Origin: Gnetum montanum
Taxonomy: Eukaryota > Plantae > Gnetophyta
Assembly: GCA_015680685.1 (NCBI GenBank)
Contig: MNCI01002109.1
Span: 66,370 to 130,369, forward strand
Length of the DNA: 64,000 nt
Direction: 5' to 3'
The notes below the pieces were generated by a model. It was not told the DNA's origin and did no database searches. It saw nothing but the letters and a program-made list of their open reading frames with translations. Below, piece by piece: positions 52,164 through 64,000 of this stretch. The number at the start of each line of letters is the position of its first letter. Positions within the stretch are counted from its first letter, which is position 1. The translations under genes and the position numbers were made by a program.

Positions 52164-55100
52164 TCATATGGGGCCCTCAGTTCTTTTAATTTTTTTGTTT
52201 TACATGCTTTTGTTTTACACGTTTTTGTTTTACAACATTTTTTTTTACACATTTTTGTTTTACAAATTTCTTTAACTTTTTCAATTTTTGTTTTACAAAG
52301 TTATTTAAATTTTCTAAGTTTTTGTTTTTCAAATTTCTTTAATTTTTCTAGTTTTTGTTTTACATCATCATTATACTCTTCCACTTTGTGTGTGTGTGTG
52401 TGTGTGTGATCCACCCTGTAAGTTTGTCCCATAATAAGTGTTCGGAATGATGGTATGAACTATTTTCATATTGATTGCTAATGTTTGATTTTTACCTTTA
52501 AGTTACAATGTTGAGGCTAAGGTATGTTTCTTTTGATATGGCAGGCTTGATTACGAGCATCTAAGGATGTGTACAGCTAGTTAAGGAATTAGTTGCTCGT
52601 CGCATGCGGTATGAGTACGACTTGATTACGAGCATTGTGACTACTTGGTAACCCAGTGGAGTATTCCAGGATCTACACTTGGTAATCCCAGTGGTAGTCC
52701 CAGTGTGTATGGTTAGTCAAGGAATCGGCTGCTCATCGCACNGTTTAGGGTGTGTATGGTAAGTGGGAATGGATGCTGACACTAGTTAATTTAGACTTAG
52801 GTCCTTAGTTAGAGTTAGTTAGTTCTCTCAACCTTTCACCTCATAGCATAGGAGAAAAACCATAAAAGACCATAAAAATCATATACCTCAGACTTACTTA
52901 ACCATACACCATGACAACAACAAGTAAGTCTAGGAAGACAACAAATGATTAACCCAAAGTGTTCCATGGGGCGTTTAGGCATTTAGTCTACGGAGTTTGA
53001 CTGGATCGCGCGTGCTACGCTCGTTTTGTATGGTTGAGTGTAGGGGTACCTCGGCACTCATCAATAGGCAAGTTGTAGGGTATATTTGCCATTACATGGA
53101 TGAAAATGTTTATCATCTTGTCTCCATAGAAAAATTTGCCAAAAGTCTATGGGATAAGTTAGAGGAGATGTATGCTAGAAATACGAAAGGAAATAAAATG
53201 TACTTGATAACAAAATTGATGAATACCTAGTACAAAGAAGTTACTCCCATATCTAACCACCTCAATGAGATGCAGGGCATTATGAATCAACTTGTATATT
53301 TGAAGATCAACTTTGATGAAGAATTATAGGGTCTAATAATTTTTGGTTCCTTGCCATGAAGTTGGAAGATACTCAAAATATCGATAACAAACTCATCCCT
53401 AAATGGAGTTGTATCATTCAACTAAATCTAGAGCAATCTCTTGAATGAAGAAATAAGGAGAAAGAAATTGGGCTTCACAAGTTCCTTTTTTGAGGCATTG
53501 GTTATAGAAAACTAGGGGAGGAGCCAAAGTAAAGATCCACAAAAGTGTGAAAATGATAGAAGCAAGTCCAAATCCAAAAAGAAGATTGAGTGTTATCACT
53601 GTGGCAAGAAGGAACATATAAATAGGAATTGCAAAAAGTTGAAGTGAGAGCAATAGTAGCAACATCAACCAAATGAGAATGGTGGAGATCAGGCTTCAGT
53701 TGTCAATCAGGAGGCTTACATTCTCAAAGACATGAGTGACACTGATATTGTCAATTTGGCAACCCAAGAAACGAATGGGTAATTGATAGTGGTGCTTCTA
53801 TTCATGTGACATCCAAAAGAGACTTCTTCTCATCCTACACTCAAGGATACTATGGTGAAGTAAAGATGGGAAATGATTATTCAAGCAAAGCGATTGGAAT
53901 TGGAAATGTTTGTTTGAGGACAAATATTGGTTGTAGACTAATATTGAGAAATGTCAAACATGTTCCAAATATTAGAGTAAACTTAGTATCTATGATGAAA
54001 CTGGATAATGAAGGCTATGAGAACAACTTCAAAGAAGGACATTGGAAACTCTCCTTGGTGGTAGCTAGAGGAAAGAAGTAGCATTATTTGTACATGATGC
54101 AAGCATATGTCATCAGAGACACCATTAATGTGGTGGAGGATGAAGTGACAATGGAGTTATGGCATAAAAGGCTTGGCCACATTAGCCGAAAGGGGCTAGA
54201 TATCCTAGCCAAGAAGAATATACTTTCGAAGTTGAAAGGAATACATTTGAAGAGCTGTGTAGATTGTTTAGCTGGAAAGTGGCATAGAGTTACCTTCAAG
54301 AGCTCACTTTGACATAGAAGTAAGCATGTTTTAGATTTTGTACATTTTGATATTTGTCATCCTATGCCAATAAGATCACTTGGTGGGGCATACTACTTTG
54401 TCATATTTATTGATGATCACTCTAGAAAGGTGTGGTTATACACCTTAACAAAAAAAGACTAGGTGGTAGATGTGTTCAAGAAATTCCATTCAAGTGTAGA
54501 AAGAGAGACTAGCAAGATGTTGAAGTGTATCAAAATAGACAATAGAGGTGAATACTTGGGAGAATTCTTTGAGTATTGCAAGAGTCATGGTATTCAACAC
54601 CAGAAGACTCCTCTAAAGACTCCTTAGCTACATGGTCTAGTTGAAAGGATGAATTGGACTATTGTAAAAAAGTCTAGGAGCATGTTATCACTTGCAATGT
54701 TACCCAAAACCTTTTGGGAAGAAGTGGTGAAGATAGCTTCTAATTTGATCAATATTTCTCCCTTAGTTACTCTGTATGGAGATATTCCAGAGAGAGTATG
54801 GCATAATAAAGATGTCTCCTATGATCATCTAAAAGTGTTCAGTTGTAGAGCATTTGTGCACATCTTAGAGGATGAGAGATCCAAGCTGGATGGAAAAACA
54901 AGGGAATGCATCTTTCTGGGATATGGCAATGATGAGTTTGGCTATAGACTATTTGATCCTATTACAAAGAAAATAGTCAAAAGCCAGGATATTGTATTCT
55001 TTGAAGATTAGTTTATCAGAGACATTAACAAGGAGATCTAGAAACTAGAGCAAAGTGATAAGGTGAATCATGATCCTGTCCTTCCATCTAAATCATAGAA

Positions 55101-57561
55101 TCAAGGTGAAAATAAACAAGAAGCTACTCAGGCTCCCACAGATGATGGTCAACAACAAAGTCAAGATGCAGTTGAAGTACCATTGAGGAGATCAACAAGA
55201 AGTCACTAGCCTTCTAGAAAGTATCCTCCTAATGAGTATGTGGTGTTGACTAAAGGGGGAGAACCTAAAAGTTATGATGAGGCTCTAGTAAATAAATACA
55301 AGGAGGATTGGATCAAAGCCAGTAATTAGAAATGTAGTCATTAAAGAAGAATGACACATATGAGTTGGTGGAATTACCAAAAGGGAGAAAATCATTAAAG
55401 AATAAGTGGGTGTACTAGCTAAAGGCTAATGGAGATGAAATAAGGTATAAGATGAGGTTGGTTGTGAAAGGCTTTAATCAAAAGTAAGGCATTGACTTTA
55501 AAGAAACCTTTTCACTACTAGTGACATCCATCAAAATGATTTTGAGTTTAGCTACAAGTATAAACTTGGAGGTTGAGCAAATGGATATGAAAACTATCTT
55601 TCTCCATGGTGATTTGGAGGAAGAGATCTATATGGAGCAACTGGATGGGTTCAAGGTCAAAGAAAAAGAAAACATGGTGTGCAGATTGAAAAAAGAGTCT
55701 ATACAGATTAAAGTAAGCACCTCAACAATGGTACAGGAAGTTTGAGTCTTTTATGATAGTGCATGACTACAAAAAGACTACTACAGATCATTGTGTGTTT
55801 ATGAAGAAATTTATAGATGGAAACTTCCTTATCCTCCTACTTTATATAGAAGATATGTGAATTGTTGGTAAGGATGTCTAAAAGATCAACAATTTGAAGA
55901 AGGATCTTAGCAAATGTTTTGCTATGAAAGATTTGGATCCAGCTAAGCAGATCCTTGGTATGAGCATTTACCATGATAGAAGTTCTATGAAAGTATGAAT
56001 GTCATAAGAGAAATACATTGAGAAAGTGTTGGAGAGGTTCCACATGAACCAAGATAAACCAGTAATTTCACTACTTGCTAATCACTTCAAGTTGAGCAAG
56101 GAGTAGTGCCCATCCACATAAAAGGAGAAGGAAGAAATGATCAAGATTACATATGATTTAGTAGTAGGAAGTTTGATGTATGCTATGGTTTTCACAAGAC
56201 TAGACATTGCTTACACAGTTGTTGTTGTGAGTAGATTTCTCTTCAATCTAAGAGGAGAACATTGAACTATAATTAAATGGATTCTCAAGTACCTTTGAGG
56301 AACTTCCAAAATCTCACTTTGTTTTGGAAGTGGAAAGCTTGAACTAGAGATGTCGATATGGCTAGAGATGTAGACTCTAGAAAATCCATCTCAGGTTATC
56401 TAATAACCTTTACAAGGGGAGCTATGTCTTGGTAATCAAAGCTATAGAAATGTTTTGTGCTTTCAACAGCAAAAGCAAAGTTCATTGCAACTACTAAAGC
56501 TAACAAGGAATTACTGTGGATGAAGAAATTCCTATAGGATCTCAGATGTAAGAAAGATAGGTATATCTTGTACTGTGATAGTCAAAGCGCTATACATCTT
56601 AGTAAAAATGCTTCTTTTCATTCAAGGTCAAAGCATATTTATGTGAGGTATCATTGGATATGAGATGTATTAAATTACAAGAAATTGGAACTAGAGAAGA
56701 TTCACACAAGTGAAAATGATTCGGATAGGATGACAAAAATCATATCCAAGGATAAGATTGAGATCTATTGAGAAATTTCTAGAATCGTTATGCCCTTCAT
56801 GTAGTCAGTAAGGGGATATTGATGCATGTGGATCCCTCCAACATGAAGCCTATGTTACGTTAATATAAATAAATAAAAAGGAGGGGAAGGAAGGCTGCTT
56901 GCTAAGCCAACCAAAATTATCCACCCATGTTGGCTACTAAATTAGGCAGCCAAAATTAGCTACCCAGGTTGGTTGCTAAGTTAGGAAACCAAAATTAGCT
57001 GCCTAGGTTGGTTGCTAAGTTAGGTAGCATTAAACAAAGGCTACCTAAGTTAGGCATCACAGGGCATTTCCATTGGCTATAAATCCAAGGAAAATGGCAA
57101 ATGGGAGTAGGGACAGAAGATAAGCTAATGAAAAAAGTGAGAAAAAGAGGCTAAAGGGAGAGACACACAAGTAGGCCTTGTGAGCTTGGGTTTCTAGGAA
57201 TTTTTCCTAAAGTGCTATGAGATTTCTCCTTGTTATTTCAAGAATATTTTTTCTTGAGGATGTGTGCCAATTTTGTATACCTTTAGTAATTAACTATAGA
57301 GTCATTTTTGTACTCCTACTATTTATTAGTGGAAGAAGATTTTTTTGGAGTTTTCCCAAGGAAGGGTGAACCATACGAGCCCTTGTGTTATTAGGTTTTA
57401 TTTTGCACTTTACTTCTACTATCTACTCTATTAGTTTATATCCTACTTTTAACACACAGGTGGAAAAGTACTGCACAAGTGGGAAAATATATGTTTGCTT
57501 ATTTATTACTTCATATTGTTTTATATGTTATAACTTGTATTATTTGTTTATGTTACCCATC

Positions 57562-60354
57562 TGATGAGCGGCGAGGTACCCCTACACTCAACCATACGAA
57601 TACGAGCGTTTCACGCACGATCTGGTCGAATTCCAAGGACTACGTGCTTATGCGCCCTTGTGGAACAAGGACGGGTTGGTTGATCGTTGTCTTCCCAAGC
57701 TTACCTATATGTCATGATTGTATGGTTAAGTAAGCTTGAGGCATATGATTTTTATAGATTTTATGTTTTTATGTCCTACGCTAGTAGGGAAGGAGAGAGG
57801 TAACTAAGTGACTAATTTAACTTAACTACTCATTAACTAAGTTCTAACTAATCCTAACACTAACATCTATTTCCACTTGCCATACACATTCTAAACCATT
57901 GCAACACTACTGGGATTACCAAATGCTAATCGTTATTGGGTTACCAAGTATTACATGCATGCTCGAAGTGGTCGTGCTTGTGTAATTTAACGATTTGCTC
58001 AATTGATCAAAATGAATTGCTGTGCTAATAATAAAATGTAAAGTGCATAAAATAAAATAAATGCATAAGAAAATAAAATAAAAGAAATGTGTAAGAAAAC
58101 AAATATCAAGTGTTGCAAGGATGAATCAAAGAGCTTGGCTTTATTGTTGTACACAAGGTTTGCTTAGGTACATAATGCTTGAATAAAGATCCATCCACAC
58201 TTAGACCTCCTGCTTCAGGCACTTGGAAAATACTCTAACTTTTCAAATAGACTACAAGAGTTTCACTACTTGATTGCTAAAAGAATTCCATTCCAATTGT
58301 GCACCTGGGCATTGTATTTATAGGCTTAGGAGCAACTATTCTAATAATTAGAGTAACCGCTCTAATAATTAGAATAACTACTAAAGTAACCACTAGAGTA
58401 ACCTCTCTAATAATTAGAATAACTGCTAGAGTAACCGCTAGAGTAACCACTCTAATAATTAGAATAACTGCTAGAGTAACCACTAGAGTAACCACTCTAA
58501 TAATTAGAGTAACTGCTCTCATCATACCCCCATGACTGAATAAAAACTCGTCCTTGAGAATAGAAGAAAAGAAACAAGTTCTTTACAAAATATTAGGAAG
58601 GTATGGGATTATTGACTAACTGACAACTAACGGTGGAATGGGATGACAGACTCAATGTGCCTAGTGAATAGATCAATAAGAATATTACAACATTAGTGTT
58701 CATAACCATTGTGGTAAACACTCGTACATAAATGACATCCAAACCTTTATTTGGCAGCTTGTAGAGAAAGAGAGAGAAAGAAAATGAAGCATGTTGCTGC
58801 CAATGCTAAAATTGCACTTCCGTTGTTTATCCATAGCCACGCCACCAAACTTGCTCCTTTTGTAAATGCTTTAGTTCTGGTCCATCCTGAGTGCTTACTC
58901 CAAGACCAATCCATTGTTTGTATGATTGGAATCTACACACACAACACAGTCACAAATGAGCAAGGATAGATAAACCACAATGCAGTTGATACCTTGCCTC
59001 AATATGAAGTGCATTGGATAAGTTGTGATTATGGCAGAAACTGGTTTAGAGATTTATCATAGGTGACTACCCAAGGTGTAGGGGTTAGGTAAATAGTAAA
59101 ATGGAGAATATTGAAAAATTTATGCTAAAGCCCCCACGACTAAGAGTGAACCTTTGGTAGCTATAAGATGGAAAAATATGAGGAACAAGAAAGATGGAAA
59201 AAAATAACAACAGCAATGCTAATAAAATGGATGTCATGGATGGGGATGAAACAAGAGATGATTGATTGCAGAAAATGTTTAAGGAAAAGAACTTGATAAT
59301 TGCACCAAAAAGGAATGCTAGTGGGTCCTCCCCAAAGTAGGCTCATGCCTTTTATGCCCTAACAACAAACCAAAGAGTCCGTAGGCTCTAGGAATGTCAT
59401 TCGGAAGCAAGAGTTAAAAACTTATCCACAAGAATTCACTAAAAAAAAGAATGCATCAACCTAGAATGGACTAATGATAAAATCGACAATGAGGTGGAAA
59501 ATGGGAAGAAAGATGGAGAGGAGAGAATGGAATGGAATCCCAAGAACAAGGTTGTGTAAAGCCCCTTGTGTATTTCATGGTTAAGATAACTGAGTAGAAC
59601 TCATCCTAAATCCAGACTCAAACCAACCACATTCAGTGACCTCACATCAATACACTTGGCCAATTCATCCTCTTGAGGCAACAAGAATGCTTCCACAAAG
59701 AGGACCATCATCCCGAGAAGAGCAAGATGAAGATGTAGAAAGTGAGAAAGGGTCTTAGTTAGAGGGAACCTTCAGGCATGGGAAACATGTCTTTTTAGTT
59801 TCATAACTAGAGCTTGTAGCCCATATTACTTTATTATGTCTAAGGGGTGTGCTTTGAATTCTCACTTTTCTCCTTTTTTTTTACGTGAGAACCAGACCAT
59901 GCAAAGACTTATTTTTATTCACTTGGCTTCTTGATTTTTGAACAATGTGAGAATGGCAGAAAAGCCAAGAAAAAAGAATCCAAGCACCCAAGAGAATGAC
60001 CAGCAAAAATGCATCGAATCCCCTTGAAGTCATACCCTTTTCATCCTTTAAGTATTTTCTTGGTTTGAAAAGTACCCAGCCACCAATTCATTAATAAATT
60101 TACTTAGAAAAAGGGGATTGTATAGTTCCAAGCCAAAGGAGACCATAGAGTTGTATGGATGAGTGGACGACGTGGACTCATTGCTTGTTTTACCAAAAGA
60201 ACCATACCTTAATATCAACATCTTAATTCAAAGGTAAAAACCAAACATTAGCAATCAATATGATATAATGCAATCCACCATCATGAGTACTTATTGGATG
60301 ACAAATAAAAGTAAATCAAGCAAACAAAGAAATAGTAAAAAAATTAACAATGGT
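57562..60354 (-). mobile_element. Element C: 3' part of a third element related to A/B (3' LTR 57562-58524, PPT, ~1.8 kb region homologous to 15000-16686)
   Basis: The LTR ends with the family terminus. PPT reverse complement CTCAAGGACGAGTTTTTATTCAGTCATGGGGGTA. Collinear homology to the 3' region of A. Interrupted by element D. Confidence 0.85.
58335..58520. repeat. Minisatellite of 21-bp (CTCTAATAATTAGAATAACTG) and 12-bp (CTAGAGTAACCA) units in U3 of LTR C
   Basis: Directly visible. Explains the repetitive ORFs at 58277-58535. Confidence 0.9.
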
Positions 60355-63300
60355 TGATGAGTGGCAAGGTACCCCTACACTCAACCATATGAATATGAGC
60401 ATTTTCACGTGCAATTCAGTCGAACTCTGCAGACGAACTAGTTGTGGCACCTAGACAGTTATCCTTAGGTCGCAGTTTGCTATCTTCCCACTTGGACTAG
60501 TATTAGCTTTGTCATGTATGGTTTAGTCCAGAGTGAGGTGTATGATTTATTCTAATCTAATGTTACTCTTGAAGGCAGTGGAAAATAATATTAACTAAGT
60601 TAAGCTAGGAGGGAAAGGGTAAGAGAATCTAATCTAGCCTAAGTGCAATGAGCATCTGTTCCTTGATTATCCATACACATCTTGGACTTTGTGCATGACT
60701 ACCACTGGGATTACCAAGCGTGGATTCTATGTATGCTACTGGGTTACCAAGTAGTCACACTTAAATGCTCGTAATCAAGCCATAATCATTCCGCGTTTCT
60801 AGGAGATAAGGGTGAGAGAGATTAACTAAGAAAGTAGTAAATAACAAACAAACAAATAAATAAATAACAAAGTGAATTCTGCAATGATGAAGTAATCTTG
60901 ATCTTTATTTCCGATCATGTGTATGTCCAAGTACGTCACACTTGAATAAAGGATGCCGTACAATTACATTCACCACACTTCGGGCATACACGGGAAAAAT
61001 AATCTATCTCTGGAGGGATCAAACTACCAGGGCTTCACTACTGTCTAAACTAAGTTGTGAAATGAGGGACAGCTACCTCTTATTTATAGAACTAGCGACG
61101 GGCTGCGATATACATGATATCATAGGGAAAGATGCAATATCTTGTACGTGATATCGCAGCCCATGCAATATCACGGCAGATGCGATATTGCGTCCTATCA
61201 TACCCCCACAACTGAATAAAAACTTGTCCTTGAGTTACAGTGATTACATAGTGGATAGGTATGGAATTATTAGATGGAAAAAGAAATGGGATGATGCCAC
61301 AGTGTGGGAAGAAAACAAAATAAAGACACAACACACAGAATATGCTATAACTACAAAAATTTGAAACTCATGTAGTTCCTGGTGGCGATGGCTCCTCCAT
61401 TAGTGCCTTCCCTTTGTCTTGTGCTCCAGGTTTTGACATTTGATGATGCTGAAGTATGGCTTGGAGCTTCTCCTCTTTAGTCCAAGGGTCTTGTGTCATC
61501 CATGCTAATGTTCTAATGTTTGACAGAGTCAGCACTTTCCACAGGTAGGGTAGTTGCAGGAACATCTGGTTGGCCTTGACATACCAAGCTGCGAACATTC
61601 ATTGTTCCTCCTCATAGGCTCTAGCTTTGTTCTTGTATTCGTGAAGGTCTGTTAGCCATCAAGCCAAGTCAGTTGCAACATCTTTCTATCCCTGGTAGCT
61701 GGCTTTTACCACCTCAAGTTCAGAATTTGCAACATCCAGTTTCTCTACCAGCTTCTTGCGCTCTGCAAATTCTTCTTTGTATTTGATGTGGGTGGAAGCT
61801 ACCTGCTGCTCGAGCTCTGTTCTCGGGCACCCTAATATTAACATAGCAAGGTTGGCATATCTAAGGTTTTCCAACTCCATGTACTCTGTCAAGTCTTGAA
61901 TCTGCAAGTCTTGGTTCTTAATTTCCGCTTGGCGAGCAAAGGCATATGTGTCCAATACGGCCCACCAGTCAGTGTGGTCGGCATTGATAACGTTGATCTG
62001 GGCCTTGGCCATATGGATTTCCTTCTCTAGGATTTTTTTGTACATCCACACATGATCCTAGAAGTGCTCCTTCAGCTTCTCATGTCATTTAGCCTTATTC
62101 TGCCATGCGCTTATCTCAATCATTGATTTTTTACGAATGGTGCATACCTCCTCCATCGAGAGGGTTCAATTTTCTTTGGCTAAATGGCTCACATCTCGGT
62201 TGACCTAGATGAATTGTTCTCGTAATTGATGAAAGTGTTCATCGAGAACATTCTTTTGCTTTTCTACAGTAGTCAACCGAAGATTGTCTACAACCAACTT
62301 CTTGTTTTCTTCTTGTAAGGCCTTGAGTGCCTTAAGATGCACATGGGTTTGTGCCTGTGATGCAGAGGAATCCCAAATAGCCTTCTCTTTTTCTTCATCC
62401 ACCTTTTTATTCTCTACGATTAATTTGGTTAGCTATTTGGTTCTAAATTTTTTAGCTGGTTTGCGGGAACAAATTGCAAAGGGTCTCGCTATGCTGCTTG
62501 TAAGGCCACGAGTTGCTCTTATAGTTTCTGCATTTCAACTTCAGCATGCTCGACCCTTACCTCTATTAAGAACAGCTTCCCCATTGTGGAAATGAGGTCT
62601 GATTGAATTGTCATAACATCCTGAGGGATGTCAAACAGGGACGTCATTACTTGTCCTATTTGAAGCAATCGATCAAGTGTATCCTCATGTTCCGCATGAG
62701 TCATTGAGGTTCCGGCTAAGGTTTGAGCATTCCGTGCTCCTGTGAGATCTGCTGGTGGCACAACAGGTACATTGAAAGATTCTTTGATGTGATCAGTGAC
62801 CACTTTTACAGCTCTCGTGGAATTTTGGTGTTGCATGACCATCACAGTGGCCCCTTCACTAGTCTTTAACTGCACCTGGAAAGATGTTGCATTTCCTGAG
62901 ATCTGTTGTGACAATAGGCTTTTCCCTCCTCCTATTTGAATGGATACTTCTCCCCTTGTGCGATCTAAAAAAATCGTAGGCTGAATGGCATCATCGATGA
63001 TGCGGAAGAGATTTGCATCATCACGACTTCCCCAACTGACCATCTCAGCGATGGCCCTAAGATGGCTTATCAACGATCTGTAGTCTTGCAGTAGCAGTGG
63101 CTGATCCTGGACTATGCTAGGCCCTGCTTCTTGTTGTTGGTTGAAACCCATGGCTGGAGGTTGACTGGGTCCAGCCATATGTTCTTCTTCTTGTTCTAGT
63201 CCTAGCTCTTCACCAATGCTTTTTCTTGGAGCTGGTGCCTTTAGTAATTCTGCATATGAAGCAATCTGGGCTTTTTGGAGGACGTCATTGGTGTATTCCC

Positions 63301-64000
63301 GAATACCAGCACGTCGGAAAAGCTTTCTGATAAGACAAGGAAAATGCAATGCCATTTTCCCCGTCTTTCATTCCTCAAACTGCCTCAGGATCTCTATCAA
63401 ATATAGATGGGGTAGGTCAACGTTAACCTTTCCCATCAACACTGTACATCCTCTAGCCGCATATGTCGATATTCTTTTTAAGCCCTTTATGGGGAAGAGG
63501 TGATAAGTTCCAATTTTGAAGTAAACCCTCTCTTCCGTCGTCAATTCACCAAATGGTTTATCTCTGCCATAAGCCTTCTCCAACCAATCCTTTCGCATGT
63601 TGGGGTCTGAACGAGTGGATAACCAAGAAACCTGGGGCCTTGTATTTAGAAGGTTTAGCACTTCCAAAATGTCTTGTGCAGAGAAGTCAACTGTCACACC
63701 ACAAATATTAACAGTGGTGCCTTGCTCCCTATTGTGCCAAAATTGGTACGTCTCTCCTAGGTACCAGGCATCGCTTTCAGAGAGGATAGGCCATAATGGG
63801 GATCCTTTGAGGTGATCCCTAAGGACTTCAGGAGAGAAATCTACCAATGATTCAAATTTTAACTCCACAATCACCACAGAGAATGTGGACTTCTCATGGA
63901 TGGCCTGAATGCAATCTTGGGGCAACGTGAGTTATTATCCTGGTTCAGACGCTGCAGCAGCTCCTCCTTCTGCCTGCCTGGACCGTCTGATAGGAGGTTC
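60355..64000 (-). mobile_element. Element D: Athila-like element carrying the accessory ORF, nested in element C and continuing beyond the window
   Basis: 3' LTR 60355-61200 with termini nearly identical to those of A/B. PPT at ~61201-61235. ORF upstream. Confidence 0.88.
61368..64000 (-). pseudogene. Accessory ('env-like') ORF, copy 3 (best preserved)
   Basis: ORF pieces starting at 63925, 63355, 62402, 62051 and 61598 join with one frameshift. N-domain VNICGVTVDFSAQDILEVLNL...LHFPCLIRKLFRRAGI resembles Athila/Tat accessory proteins. C-terminal ~350 aa is heptad-rich. Confidence 0.85.

Larger units (their letters stand above)
47740..53063 (+). mobile_element. Element B: second Gag-protease-only Athila-like element
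   Basis: Perfect TSD ATAGG at 47735-47739 and 53064-53068. 5' LTR 47740-48736, PBS TAGCGCCGTTGCTGGGGA. 3' LTR remnant ~52545-53063. Collinear with element A. Confidence 0.92.
46778..57477 (+). mobile_element. Ty1/copia (Tork/Tnt1-like) element interrupted in gag by element B
   Basis: LTRs ~46778-47390 and 56820-~57477. PBS TGGTATTAGAG near 47394. Gag from ATG 47577 resumes in phase after the TSD. Protease WVIDSGAS, integrase, RT and RNase H run to ~56804. PPT GTAAGGGGATAT. Confidence 0.92.

Noticed and set aside
58277-58535. Repetitive IIRVT/VTLVVT ORFs and a CRISPR-like appearance
   Set aside because: Translation of a 21/12-bp LTR minisatellite. No unique spacers and a eukaryotic context.

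Overview
AT-rich, CpG-depleted plant nuclear DNA, almost all nested and decayed retroelements, around one intact 4-exon host gene (G-patch protein, 29919-32941). The window contains: a Tat/Ogre-type gag remnant; a family of Athila-like LTR elements; a near full-length endogenous caulimovirid (MP-CP-AP-RT-RH, minus strand) split by a non-autonomous Tat-like element with a 2.7 kb LTR; two Ty1/copia elements; and an RTE LINE 3' fragment. The most striking observation is in the Athila-like family. The same LTR termini, PPT and poly(A)-signal hairpin are attached to two different cargos. One is a ~1130-codon Gag-protease ORF with no RT, RNase H or integrase (two TSD-bounded copies plus the 3' part of a third). 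The other is a ~900-codon accessory ('env-like') ORF with a long coiled coil (three copies). No matching pol is visible in the window, which suggests a divided or multipartite retrotransposon system. All coordinates and translations were read by eye, and family assignments come from motif recognition, not database searches.
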